A stretch of 64,000 nucleotides of DNA from Macrostomum lignano (taxonomy: Eukaryota): NCBI GenBank assembly GCA_002269645.1, contig NIVC01002196.1:62001-126000 (forward strand). Reading direction: 5' to 3'. The position numbers were made by a program, and so were the translations under genes. The number at the start of each line of letters is the position of its first letter. Within the stretch, counting starts at the first letter, position 1. The notes beneath the pieces were generated by a model, which was not told the origin of the DNA, searched no databases, and saw nothing but the letters and a program-made list of their open reading frames with translations. Below, in pieces: positions 28,549 to 41,943 of this stretch.

Positions 28549-31340
28549 GCTCCAGTGATTAGAGCTCCAGTGACTGGAGCTCCAGTGATTAGAGCTCCAG
28601 TGATTAGAGCTCCAGTGATTAGAGTTCCATTGATTAGAGTTCCATTGATTAGAGCTCCAGTGATTAGAGCTCCAGTGATTAGAGCTCCAGTGATTAGAGC
28701 TCCAGTGATTAGAGCTCCAGTGATTAGAGCTTTAGTGATTAGAGCTCCAGTGATTAGAGCTTTAGTGATTAGAGCTCCAGTGATTAGAGCTCCAGTGATT
28801 AGAGCTTTAGTGATTAGAGCTCCAGTGATTAGAGTTCCAGTGATTAGAGCTCCAGTGATTAGAGCTCCAGTGATTAGAGCTCCAGTGATTAGAGCTTTAG
28901 TGATTAGAGCTCCAGTGATTAGAGCTTTAGTGATTAGAGCTCCAGTGATTAGAGTTCCAGTGATTAGAGCTCCAGTGATTAGAGTTCCAGTGATTAGAGC
29001 TCCAGTGATTAGAGCTCCAGTGATTAGAGCTCCAGTGATTAGAGCTTTAGTGATTAGAGCTCCAGTGATTAGAGCTTTAGTGATTAGAGCTCCAGTGATT
29101 AGAGTTCCATTGATTAGAGCTCCATTGATTAGAGCTCCAGTGATTAGAGCTCCATTGATTAGAGCTCCAGTGATTAGAGCTCCAGTGATTAGAGCTTTAG
29201 TGATTAGAGCTCCAGTGATTAGAGCTTTAGTGATTAGAGCTTTAGTGATTAGAGCTCCAGTGATTAGAGCTTTAGTGATTAGAGCTCCAGTGACTGGAGC
29301 TCCAGTGATTAGAGCTCCAGTGATTAGAGTTCCAGTGATTAGAGCTCCAGTGATTAGAGTTCCAGTGATTAGAGCTCCAGTGATTAGAGCTCCAGTGATT
29401 AGAGCTTTAGTGATTAGAGCTCCAGTGATTAGAGCTTTAGTGATTAGAGCTCCAGTGATTAGAGCTCCAGTGATTAGAGTTCCAGTGATTAGAGCTCCAG
29501 TGATTAGAGCTCCAGTGATTAGAGCTTTAGTGATTAGAGCTCCAGTGATTAGAGCTCCAGTGATTAGAGCTCCAGTGATTAGAGCTCCAGTGATTAGAGC
29601 TCCAGTGATTAGAGCTCCAGTGATTAGAGCTCCAGTGATTAGAGCTCCAGTGATTAGAGCTTTAGTGATTAGAGCTCCAGTGATTAGAGCTCCAGTGATT
29701 AGAGCTCCAGTGATTAGAGCTCCAGTGATTAGAGCTCCAGTGATTTGAGCTCCAGTAATTAGAATTCCAGTGATTAGAGCTCCAGTGATTAGAGTTCCAG
29801 TGATTAGAGCTCCAGTGATTAGAGCTCCAGTGATTAGAGCTCCAGTGATTAGAGCTCCAGTGATTAGAGCTCCAGTGATTAGAGCTTTAGTGATTAGAGC
29901 TCCAGTGATTAGAGCTTTAGTGATTAGAGCTCCAGTGATTAGAGTTCCATTGATTAGAGCTCCATTGATTAGAGCTCCAGTGATTAGAGCTCCAGTGATT
30001 AGAGCTCCAGTGATTAGAGCTCCAGTGATTAGAGCTTTAGTGATTAGAGCTCCAGTGATTAGAGCTTTAGTGATTAGAGCTCCAGTGATTAGAGTTCCAG
30101 TGATTAGAGCTCCAGTGATTAGAGTTCCAGTGATTAGAGCTCCAGTGATTAGAGTTCCAGTGATTAGAGCTCCAGTGATTAGAGCTCCAGTGATTAGAGT
30201 TCCAGTGATTAGAGCTCCAGTGATTAGAGCTCCAGTGATTAGAGCTCCATTGATTAGAGCTCCAGTGATTAGAGCTCCAGTGATTAGAGCTTTAGTGATT
30301 AGAGCTCCAGTGATTAGAGCTTTAGTGATTAGAGCTCCAGTGATTAGAGTTCCATTGATTAGAGCTCCATTGATTAGAGCTCCAGTGATTAGAGCTCCAG
30401 TGATTAGAGCTCCAGTGATTAGAGCTCCAGTGATTAGAGCTTTAGTGATTAGAGCTCCAGTGATTAGAGCTTTAGTGATTAGAGCTCCAGTGATTAGAGT
30501 TCCAGTGATTAGAGCTCCAGTGATTAGAGTTCCAGTGATTAGAGCTCCAGTGATTAGAGTTCCAGTGATTAGAGCTCCAGTGATTAGAGCTCCAGTGATT
30601 AGAGCTTTAGTGATTAGAGCTCCAGTGATTAGAGCTTTAGTGATTAGAGCTCCAGTGATTAGAGCTCCAGTAATTAGAGTTCCAGTGATTAGAGCTCCAG
30701 TGATTAGAGCTCCAGTGATTAGAGCTTTAGTGATTAGAGCTCCAGTGATTAGAGCTCCAGTGATTAGAGCTTTAGTGATTAGAGCTCCAGTGATTAGAGC
30801 TCCAGTGATTAGAGCTCCAGTGATTAGAGCTTCAGTGATTAGAGCTCCAGTGATTAGAGCTCCAGTGATTAGAGCTCCAGTGATTAGAGCTCCAGTGATT
30901 AGAGCTCCAGTGATTTGAGCTCCAGTAATTAGAATTCCAGTGATTAGAGCTCCAGTGATTTGAGCTTTAGTGATTAGAGCTCCAGTGATTAGAGCTCCAG
31001 TAATTAGAGTTCCAGTGATTAGAGCTCCAGTGATTAGAGCTCCAGTGATTAGAGCTTTAGTGATTAGAGCTCCAGTGATTAGAGCTCCAGTGATTAGAGC
31101 TTTAGTGATTAGAGCTCCAGTGATTAGAGCTCCAGTGATTAGAGCTCCAGTGATTAGAGCTTCAGTGATTAGAGCTTTAGTGATTAGAGCTCCAGTGATT
31201 AGAGCTCCAGTGATTAGAGCTCCAGTGATTAGAGCTCCAGTGATTTGAGCTCCAGTAATTAGAATTCCAGTGATTAGAGCTCCAGTGATTTGAGCTCCAG
31301 TAATTAGAATTCCAGTGATTAGAGCTCCAGTGATTAGAGC
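28549..31340. repeat. 15-bp satellite (AGAGCTCCAGTGATT), about 186 units, fused to a SINE
   Basis: Direct; produces the IRAPV ORFs. The last unit runs straight into GTCGGACTCTCACG of the SINE head. Confidence 0.97.
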
Positions 31341-31630
31341 GTCGGACTCTCACGACTGAAAGGTCGGGGGTTCGATTCGTGATCCCACGGGAACAATTTG
31401 TGTCCTTGAGCAAGACACTTAACTCTGCATTGCTTCAGTTCAACCAGGTATAAAATGGGTTCCAGCATTAGCTGGGGCAATTGAGGGTGTGTGGCGACCC
31501 CCCCCCCCCCTAGTCCTTGGACTGAACAGCCGTACGCAGCCTTCAGATGCGCCGCGCAATGGCTGCGGCTGAGCTGTCGGTTGCACACCTGGCCCTATTG
31601 GACTTGGCAGGTGCAATGTAGTCAATTAAT
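31333..31630 (+). mobile_element. tRNA-headed CORE-type SINE, copy 3 (5' end replaced by the satellite)
   Basis: B-box GGTTCGATTC, CORE-like block and 3' region match copies 1 and 2. Confidence 0.88.
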
Positions 31631-33327
31631 TAGTTATTGCCTTGCAACAAGATTATTGATTTGCTCTAACTGGGGGAGTTATGTTCCCACATAAATGTAC
31701 ATCTTGGGTTGCAAGCGGTCAATAATTCATGTACATCGTCGTAGCATTCACTTTTACAACCGCAAATATATAAATCGCCCCACATTTTCTCGCTCAGCTA
31801 AAACCGCCATCTTCAGACTTTACAGTTGGCGTCGCAAGCACACTTAGGCCAGCCACTTGTTGTTCAATCCATCTCGCTGCCAACCCTTGAGTAATTCAGC
31901 ACTAGAATGCTACGAGCTAATTTTCACACTATCAAAAGCTTCATAGACCAACGCACTCTGAACCCAGCTGTTTTTAAGTTCTCTTTAAAAAAATCATGCG
32001 TCTGCAGTCCAGAACTAACGAAAAATATAAACTGTCTGCGAAGTCAAGAACTTTCACCAAGTGTTCGAAGCTTCAAAAAATTCTAACAAGGGAAAAGCCA
32101 TTGGCTTCCAGATGAACAGCTTCAGGCTTCAGCTGACAGCTGCTACCACAGGGACATCCTGGTCAGAACCTTTAGTTCGGCGTTTTACTTCCAGGCCAGC
32201 CAGCCCGAAGCAATATTCTACACAGAATAGTGTAATGCTTTCAGCATAGGACTTTCGGCTTTTCTCGGGAAGCTCGACAAATGCCGGGTATCCGTGTCTG
32301 TCTGGGATGAACTATCCCTGTCGCTCTTCTTCCCGTTATTATGCCTGGTCGTAATTTCTTTACCTAAGCAATTAGAGTGAAAGACAGGGGTCCCTACCGC
32401 GGGATGGAAAGAGAGACGGAGGCGTGAATCCGAAGCCGGAGGCCGGAGTCAGAAGGACGGTTTCTCTTCATCAGCCCCCCCCCCCGATGCAGTGCAAGTT
32501 CCTCAACTCTGGCCACGATCAGTCAGTTCCCTTCATAATTCTCTCTGCCTACTTTTTTCTCCCGGCTCCCTTTGAACAAAAAGCATCCAGTCTCTGCGCC
32601 ACTCCCCTAGGACTTCGCTTTCGTGTCTCGCCATCCTCCCAGCCCTTCACAGCGCTCTTTTGCGACTGACTGATTGAATATAATAGGGCCCGGGCCGCGG
32701 CACTCCGCACAGTGCTTATGGCGCCAACTGGGATTGCCCCGAAAAAAAGTTTGCGGTGCAGATGCGGAGCTCTCTGGACAAAGTAGAGGCCCGCTAATCT
32801 CTCTCTCTCATGTGGGGAGTTGTGTTGACCCAGTGAGCCGCGCTCTCAGCACTCTGTGTCCATCTATCTTTCTCTCTCTCTCCACTTAACCCAGGACTCC
32901 CACCGGCGGTCCATGTCGGCGAAGGCAAGACTTGGAGCGGTTAGGACGCGCTTCCCACTCCCCCCCCCCATTTTTTCATAGAAATCGGCCGCTCGTCCTA
33001 TTCACCGAAGCAAAGCGCTCCACCCCACTGGTCGGTCGTTGCTTTGATTCCGAAGTCAGTCCCGCATTGCTTACTTGCAGGTCTAGTCGCGATCTGGAGC
33101 CACTTGGTCGGATTCGACGCAGTTTAATTAAGAGAAATTATCTAAAAATAAATTTGGAGGGCCAAGTTAATGCCTAACTTCCCTACACTAAGCCTGTAAA
33201 TTGTAGACTAAAGCTGCCTGACTGAAGATCCATTGTTCAGAAAGTACATGTGCACTAATTGTAAATCGTATGGTTGTCATAGCATTGTCAAAAGGACTAT
33301 CATAATTTTAACTTATAAGAACTTTAC

Positions 33328-33930
33328 GACTGACTGAGATAAAAGCGGATGGACCAGAACTGACTGAGATAAAAGCGGATGGACCAGAACTGACTGAGAT
33401 AAAAGCGGATGGACCAGAACTGACTGAGATAAAAGCGGATGGACCAGAACTGACTGAGATAAAAGCGGATGGACCAGAACTGACTGAGATAAAAGCGGAT
33501 GGACCAGAACTGACTGAGATAAAAGCGGATGGACCAGAACTGACTGACTGAGATAAAAGCGGATGGACCAGAACTGACTGAGATAAAAGCGGATGGACCA
33601 GAACTGACTGAGATAAAAGCGGATGGACCAGAACTGACTGAGATAAAAGCGGATGGACCAGAACTGACTGAGATAAAAGCGGATGGACCAGAACTGACTG
33701 AGATAAAAGCGGATGGACCAGAACTGACTGAGATAAAAGCGGATGGACCAGAACTGACTGAGATAAAAGCGGATGGACCAGAACTGACTGAGATAAAAGC
33801 GGATGGACCAGAATTGACTGAGATAAAAGCGGATGGACCAGAATTGACTGAGATAAAAGCGGATGAACCAGAATTGACTGAGATAAAAGCGGATGGACCA
33901 GAATTGACTGAGATAAAAGCGGATGAACCA
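33328..33930. repeat. 30-bp minisatellite (TGACTGAGATAAAAGCGGATGGACCAGAAC)
   Basis: Direct; one unit has an extra TGAC. Confidence 0.97.
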
Positions 33931-34844
33931 GGCTTGTACGAGCGTAGAACTCCAATAGGACTGGTAGAATATGTAACATTCGTTATTGGAAAAATATGCT
34001 TCGAAACTTAGATCAGAAAGCCCATCTGCATCGGGGGTGACTGTTCAGTAACAGCACACTTTCTCCTCTCTCTCTCTACGCAGTGCTCTGGGAGATCATT
34101 TTTGATAACTCTGCCACCCGGTTCACCCTGCCAAAACCATCGACAGCCAAACTAGTTGGGTGCTCACTAGTGAGGGGGTAATAGGTGACAGTTGCTGCAG
34201 AAGTGTTGTGGGAAAATTCCAACCCGAATCTAGTTCCTCTTCCTGCTAGTCTGCGTTTTTCTATCCCTTCTTCCCGTTCCTCTTCCATCCTGGCAATTCC
34301 CCTCCCAGTGCGCTCGCGGTTCAGACCAGCGACAGTTTCCCAATTTGCATGAAGCTGGGAGTGGAGGGAGCTGAGGTGGTGGCCGGATTGGCGGCAGCCC
34401 CCTTTTGGCTGGCTCTCTCTGCCCTCCCCCGTTACAGCGATCCTGTATTTTTCCCACGTGGCCCCCTCCCGATGCCTTCCTCTCCTCGATCTTCCGCGGA
34501 CCCGGCATGGCTACGGCAGTGGCAGCGGCAGGCAGCAGCGGTTTGGCCAGCTGAAGCCAATTCTTGATTCCTGGGCCCGTATCCCCAGGTTTCTCTGGCC
34601 TTTTCGTGTGAGATAGCAGTCCAGCACTAAAGGAATTTACAACTGGCCAGCGAAAGCGCCAAATACCTCAGCTAACTGGTTCCAGTCTGAATCTTTTGCG
34701 TTGCCGTAGGTTGATTCACAGCAGAAGTTCAACAACAGCCATCAGTATACTGGAAAACAGGGCGAGTAGCTGCGGGATTGGCAGCATCCACGCAGCGAGA
34801 TGCCCTAGCCTGCTATGGGTGAGTGCGACTGCATTATTCGGCTT

Positions 34845-35225
34845 ACTGAATGACCTACTGGCTGACTGAATGACTTACTGGCTGACTGAATGACTTACTG
34901 GCTGACCGAATGACTTACTGGCTGACTTACTGACTTACTGTCTTACTCAATGACTTACTGGCTGACTGAATGACTTACTGGCTGACTGAATGACTTACTG
35001 GCTGACTGAATGACCTACAAGCTTACTATATGACTCACAAGTTTACCATATGACTTACGAGTACTCGTACTGGCTTACTGAATGACTTGCTGTCTTACTC
35101 AATGACTTACAGGCTTAATAAACAACTTACTAGCTTATTGTATGGCTTACAGGTTTATTCTACGGCTTACTAAATGACTTACAGGCTTACTGAATGACTT
35201 ACAGGCTTACTGAATGACTTACTGG
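34845..35225. repeat. Degenerate minisatellite, about 20-bp unit (GCTGACTGAATGACTTACTG)
   Basis: Direct. Confidence 0.88.
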
Positions 35226-37637
35226 CTTCCAGCATGAAAGACTACTGGAGAACACAGTGGTTTGTTTGATGACTTGAGTTTCTGGCCTACTGGATGACTT
35301 GCCGCCATGCTCAATGATTTTCTGTTAGAATAGCCGACATCTACAGACTGATTGATCGATTTATCTAAAAATCTGCGAGTCCAAGTCAAACAATTGATGT
35401 TTATGTCAATCACTTTTCTCTCATCATATTCTCTCTGATATGCATTACTTTCAGTAGTAGATCTTGAGCAGCGAACTCAGCGGCTCAGTGCAAAGCGTAA
35501 GCTGTAGGGCCACGGACTAAAATCTGCTAAATTTATCTAATCAGATTTGGACAGCAATCCTTCTATCGGGAAAAACCCTCTTAAGATCGGCATGAGAGAG
35601 CCGGGGAGAAACCTCTAAACATCGAAGGATGTTGACTGCTATTTTTAGAATCAATCTTTTACACTGACCGCCTGCCGGCTAAGCCGAAATAGGTGCACTT
35701 TTATTTACTAGCCTGCCCAGCTTCTGTGCCGTGCCCTCCGCATCGCTCTGCTATTTAAAAATCTGTGGGTGGCCTTTTTATTGAAAAGATTTTCCACCTT
35801 AGGACTCGCTGGGCAAAAATGATTCCAATACGAGAATTTTTTTTGTTAAATTGGGTGAAAGCAAAATCTGATGTTGTCTTATGAATCTCGTGTCGCGGCC
35901 TTGCATTTAAACATTTCTTTCGGGGTTAGCATCTCCTAGCAGTAAAAAACCAATAAGCTAGTTTAATGCAAACATTGACTGTTGGCATAGTAAAACAATC
36001 GATAACTGAAAGGCGTTCATCTGCGTCCATTTATAATCAAAGCAGAATAACTTTTCTTATTTCTACCGGCTTCAGACAGTCGCTTAGCAATCATAAGCTT
36101 CAATTCGCCATTAGTAATACATTGTTGGCCTGGCACAACAGCGGCGCCGCGCTCCACCGATCACAGCACCATCAAATCGGCTTTGTATAGCGGAGCAACT
36201 CCGGGATTGAGTCTAGGCTTGTCTTGGCGCCTCAGGCTTAATTTGTCTGCTTCTGGAATGCACAGACTTACTATTTTTCTTCTTTCCACCCCGGAGAAGC
36301 CCCGAGCCGCCCCTTCCAACTGATCAAGCGCCTGATTGGATTGGGGCAGCTAAAATGGGACGAAGATTCTGAGGACTTCGAGGAACCAACGGGCCCAATA
36401 CAGCCAGCAGGCGTTGGGTGGAAACGGAATTTTACTTGGGACGAGGGCCGTATCAGTTCCCCCCTTCCTGCTCAATTTCTCTTCCTCACAGTCTTCGCGG
36501 CCCCTGCTGGAGGATCCGCGCCAGAAAGGAGGCGGAAGACTTCCAGGAGGCTATGGTTGATCTAGATTTGCATATTTGAGAAAAAAGACACACGAGAGAG
36601 GCAGGGGGAAGGCGCACTCCCAAGTTCACTGTCGCTCCCGGGTCTCGGTTTTTCTTTCTTCTCCTACGAGTAAGACACGCCCCCCGGCCTCAACTAAGCC
36701 ACGCGCTGAGCACATGGAGAAATACGCTGGGAAAAGGGAAGGGGAGCCCAATGAAGCTATTTACTCTCTCTTTCTGTCTCTGTGCGCAGGCGGAAGAGAA
36801 GCTAGCTGGGACACACACACTTCACGAGCCCTCCTCCCCTCACTATAATTTCCTTCGGATAGCGCTTCCTTCTCAGCCTTTCTCTCCCTTCCTTCCCGTT
36901 TTTTAACCAAACTCTGCCCCTAAGTCCCTGCGGTAGCCGTCAGCCAACCCCAGCCCCTTTGCACAGATGGGCCCGAACCAGTAACCTACCCCATTACAAA
37001 ACCCCGCGTCACTATACGCTACAGCCCGCGACTCTGAGCAAATCTTACAAACACACTCTTTCTCGCCTCTCTACTAATAGCTGTCAATAACAATCGATTC
37101 GAGGCTGAGGCGGCATCTTGGTGCAAGGTCCTGTTGAAGCCTCCCTTCTCGTTTTCTTTGCGCGAGCCGCCGCTGCCGTCCGATTCCTAATCACTCTGCT
37201 CCCCCGACGCTTGTTTGGTTGGCCCTCGCCCCCGCTTCACCCTTACCGTTCGCCAAACGTCCCTGCCCCTCTGACCCGAGGCGAGGTTGTTTAAGTCGAT
37301 CCGTGTTTTCAAAATCAACAACTATCGAAGAGAGCAAACGAAAGAATACAGCGCTGCTAGAGAAATCAGAGTCGGTTTGACGGGAATAAAAAAGTGGAAG
37401 ACGGTGCGGCAATTTGCCTCGGCTTGCAGTGCCATGGGCTAAAGGAAGTTTCAGGCCTCAGTACTACACCATTGCCACTTTAATGATCCGACTGTCAGAC
37501 GAACACGACAGCAAGCTAATGAGCGATTGAGCGGCAATTAAAAGTGCTCAAAGCACTCTACAGATGTGGGAGTTCAAGGCAAAACAAGCAGAAGCCGAAG
37601 CAGCAGAAACAACAACAACAACAGCCAAAGACTCGGC

Positions 37638-37786
37638 ATGAACCTTAACCACCTCATCTCGGGTGGCAGGCACGAGAGCGGAGCCTCCCGAGGCGGCCAG
37701 TCGCAGTCCGAGCATCACCGCTTCGTCCGGCACGAGTCGCGGCCCAGCTGCTCAGACACGGTGTTTGAATCGGCTGCAGATGACAG
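37638..37786 (+). CDS. Candidate alternative N-terminal exon A of the Kv1 gene (MNLNHLISGG..ADDR)
   Basis: Upstream acceptor ctacag| at 37564, ATG at 37638, donor AG|gtagga in phase 2 matching the acceptor at 43462. Inference; no transcript evidence. Confidence 0.45.
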
Positions 37787-37960
37787 GTAGGACAGCCGGG
37801 CATCTGTTACCCGTTCGGCTGTCAGAGTTTGCCAGACCGCAGATCTTTTCTAAACTTTAACAAACATGTAACTAGGAAGTTGAATCGACTGAACCCACAA
37901 GTTCAAACAACAATGACTTGACGTCTCAATCACATCGCCCCTAGACATTATATCCCACTA

Positions 37961-38157
37961 GAATAATTTGTGTCCTTGAGCAAGACACTTAACTCTGCAT
38001 TGCTTCAGTTCAACCAGCTGTAAAATGGGTGCCAGCATTAGCTGGGGTAATTGATGGTGTGTGTGGCGACCCCCAGTCTTTGGACTGAACAGCCGTACGC
38101 AGCCTTCAGATGCGCCGCGCAATAGCTGCGACTGAGCTGTCGGTTGCACATCTGGCC
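37961..38157 (+). mobile_element. CORE-type SINE, copy 4 (5'-truncated)
   Basis: Starts at TGTGTCCTTGAGCAAGACACTTAAC and follows the same body as the other copies. Confidence 0.87.
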
Positions 38158-39462
38158 ATTAGGGCAGTTATAATAGTCTGCCACACAAACTTTTCAACCC
38201 TTTGAAGTCTTTCAAGTTTTACAGTCCCTATCACACACGATTCAGTTATGGGGACTTTGAAATACAATTTGTCTTCTAAGGCTCCATACGCTCGTAGAAA
38301 GATAAAAAAATTCACATAGGGCCTACTTACTGAGTAGAATAACTGGTGATTTTCAATACTGGTATGAACAAATTTTTAATTTAGAGGAGAAAAATAAATT
38401 AAATTTTCAACTGATCCTGCGCTGGAGCGATTCCATTGCTAGGACAGTTCTATTGTTTATAAAGCCTTGTTTACGCTTTGAGTTGTTTACAAAGGAATCA
38501 TTAGATGTAGAAATACTTAGAGTTGGCTGATACTCGGGCACATAATCTACTCGCGTAGATTGTAGTCAAGAAGAGCTGAAGAAGATTGAAATTAAAGTCG
38601 TCAGAAATGAGCTCGCATGCCAAACTGCCCCGGTGGTGGAGAATTAATCCGCAGCCCTTGCCCCACCCCACCGGAAAAGCGGCGGGGTCAAACACATTCC
38701 CCGTTCTGATTGCAACAACGCTTTGCTTTGCTTTCAGTGCCGGGGAAGCCGCTTCTACGAGTATTAAGTATTGAGCATTGGCTCTCTGACCCCTCTGTAG
38801 CTGCTACAGTTTCGCGTACTCCCCGGCATGGCCTTCTCCCCTCTTGATTCCCTTTCTGGCTGGCTCGACAGTCGCGTCCGTGAGTGGGTGGGTGAGCAGC
38901 TTTCGGGCTTGGCAGAGCGCGGGGGTGTCGCAGCGGCTTTGCTGATTTTCTGGTTTCCTCCTTCGCTCGTACAAGCTGCGCCCCAGACTTCACTGGCCCG
39001 AGTGAAATAATTCGCGCAGTAAATGCAATTGCGCCAATGTAATGCGCACAATGGGACCCTTGCGCACCCGAAAATTTTCTCAACTAACACACCCTGACTG
39101 TGGCTGTATGCAGCAAGTGGGGAATATGTAGGAGCACACGTGTGCCTTTGCGAGGATATTCTGCACAGAGGGGATCGGCAAGGTGCCGGTAGTCCAACTG
39201 CGCCGCTAAGCTCCCCTCTGAGAGCGGCCCCCGCACTGGTAGGGGTAAGCAATAATTTCCATTCCCACCTCCTCACTATAAACCGCCTCTTCTGCCAGAA
39301 AGAAAAATGTAACAAGCCGAGAAAACTTAGACAAACATATCGATAGACAGAGAGAGCGACAGCGACTCCCAATGGCCTAAGTTTGAACTACTCGCCCACT
39401 CACGACTCGTTGATCGGAAACAATATACAAAATGCCATGACTCCCTGACAGCTCTGGCTGCC

Positions 39463-39740
39463 ATGCACAGTCATGATGTTTATTACAGCCCTAGGCTTAA
39501 TCCGGCCAACAGCTCTCAATACCGTACTCATCGACCTCGGCGTCATGAGCACCAGCGCCAGCACCAGCAACATCAGCTTCATCAGCAACAAAATCTTCAT
39601 CTGGCACCTAATTTCAGACGGTCCCCAGCTCGCACCTGCGGCGGTCTGCTGGGCAACGCTGAAGAGCTACCGGACAACGCAGAGGCCTCTGGTGAGAGAC
39701 TGCAACAAGTCCGGAGGCAGCACCAGCTGCTCCGAGAGCA
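39463..39740 (+). CDS. Candidate alternative N-terminal exon B of the Kv1 gene (MHSHDVYY..LLRE; internal acceptor possible at 39619)
   Basis: Open frame ending at a strong donor CA|gtaagt in phase 2, compatible with the acceptor at 43462. Inference. Confidence 0.5.
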
Positions 39741-40929
39741 GTAAGTGATGCCTGGTTTCTGACCCCGCGTCTGTGCTCCACATGCACTGAGTTAATTTCC
39801 TATAATAGATCGCATATTGCAGCAATGGTCACATTTTACAGCATCATTTGATTCCTACCCAAACTATACCCGACATTGGTTTGGATACCTTAATCCTCTT
39901 CAATATCCGTTAAAAATAGACGCCTGTTTCTCAGATTACCTCTCTTAAGTCTACTTTATACTTGATGTATCTTCACACAATGGGCACTCTTCGTACAATC
40001 AGCCCTTTCAGCTGTCGAAATAGGACCACTTTGCGTGGGCTGGTTCCTAACTACTGTACAATGTCATACAGTAAGGGAGATACAACTGTAGGGGATATTG
40101 GTAGGCGCTCCTAATGTTACAGTTTTTCTAATGACCACATAGCAGCATTTGCATCGCGTATTTGGGTGCCTGCTACACAGAAATTGTGTGTCACCCAGCC
40201 TTCCTTTCCTCGCTTTTCCCCATACATGCAACCGCAGAGTCTAAAACAATTCCGGGTGTGAGTTAAGAGCACAGAAACTGCGGGCCACGAGAGAAAGAGA
40301 GGGGGCGAGGAGGGAGATGGGCGGGTCCTGAGCAAAGCAGAGGCCATGAATAATGCAGCCGCACTGAGCAAGAACTCTAAGGTGAGGAATCAACTGCGTG
40401 TTTAGCCTGTATGCCTTCTCGGTGCGTTGGAATCGCCTCGGCCTTGCCTAAAATGCTGGATCCCGAGGATGGTGCGCGAAGATGCTGCGAAAACCAGCCT
40501 GATTTGCTGGGAGAAATCTGTACCAGATGGACAGGGTAGCTAAATTATGCTTCATTGCCGCTCCACGATTCAACCGACCCAGTGGAGCGTGACAGCGTTC
40601 TCGGCAAATAAACTTTTACTCATCAAGGAAGTTAGAGCTCATATGTTTAGAGTCGATTCGAACTGCTCATCGATATGGCTGCGACGATTGTATCGGCAAT
40701 GCTTGAAGGAATGTGAGTTGCTTCCGTCGCGGTGCGCGCGAGGACGTTGAAAAAGATTTTTATGGCTACCTACCATCGAGTGTTTAAAGGGAACTCTTTT
40801 AAAAAAATAGGCTACAGACTAAAGTACAGAGCTCAGCAGTTGGAAGTGCTATTGTTGCGCAACAAGTTTTGTTCCCGTTTGCCTGGATAGCATCAGCGCA
40901 TGATCCTCAATTAGTGATAGCTCTCACTT

Positions 40930-41943
40930 AGACCCAAACTGTGACACTTCCCTTCTAGACCCATCCTGTGACACTTCCTTTCTAAACCCATCCTGTGACC
41001 CTTCCTTTCTAGGCCCAACCTGCAACACTTCCCCTCTAGATCCAGCCTGTGACACTTCCCCTCTAGACAAACCTATGACACTTCCCCTCTAGACCCAACC
41101 TGTGACACTTCCCTTCTAGACCCATCCTGTGACACTTCCTTTCTAAACCCATCCTGTGACCCTTCCCTTCTAAACCCATCCTGTGACACTTCCTTTCTAG
41201 GCCCAACCTGCAACACTTCCCCTCTAGATCCAGCCTGTGACACTTCCCCTCTAGACAAACCTATGACACTTCCCTTCTAGACCCAGCCTGTGACCCTTCC
41301 CTTCTAAACCCATCCTGTGACACTTCCTTTCTAGGCCCAACCTGCAACACTTCCCTCTAGATCCAGCCTGTGACACTTCCCCTCTAGACAAACCTATGAC
41401 ACTTCCCCTCTAGACCCAACCTGTGACACTTCCCTTCTAGACCCAGCCTGTGACCCTTCCCTTCTAGACCCAGCCTGTGACACTTCCCCTCTAGACCCAG
41501 CCTGTGACACTTCCCTTCCAGACCCAACCTGTGACACTTCCCTTCTAGACCCAACCTGTGACACTTCCCTTCCAGACCCAACCTTGTGACACTTCCCTTC
41601 CAGACCCAACCTGTGACACTTCCCTTCTAGACCCAACCTGTGACACTTCCCTTCTAGACCTAACCTGTGACACTTCCCTTCCAGACCCAACCTTGTGACA
41701 CTTCCCTTCCAGACCCAACCTGTGACACTTCCCTTCTAGACCTAACCTGTGACACTTCCCTTCTAGACCCAGCCTGTGACACTGCTCTTCTAGACCCATC
41801 CTGTGACACTGCCCTTCTAGACCCATCCTGTGACACTTCCCCTCTAGACCCAGCCTGTGACACTTTCCTTCTAAACCCAAACTGTGACACTTCCCTTCTA
41901 GACCCAGCCTGCAACACTTCCCCTCTAGACCCAACCTGTGACT
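40930..41943. repeat. 27-bp minisatellite (CTGTGACACTTCCCTTCTAGACCCAAC)
   Basis: Direct; produces the GLEGKCHRL ORFs. Confidence 0.96.

Noticed and set aside
28555-31248. Long IRAPV-repeat ORFs
   Set aside because: Translation of a 15-bp satellite whose unit length is divisible by three and lacks stops; no coding context.
37227-37235. Perfect EGR site (CGCCCCCGC) upstream of Kv1 candidate exon A
   Set aside because: About one such 9-mer is expected by chance in 64 kb; no independent support.
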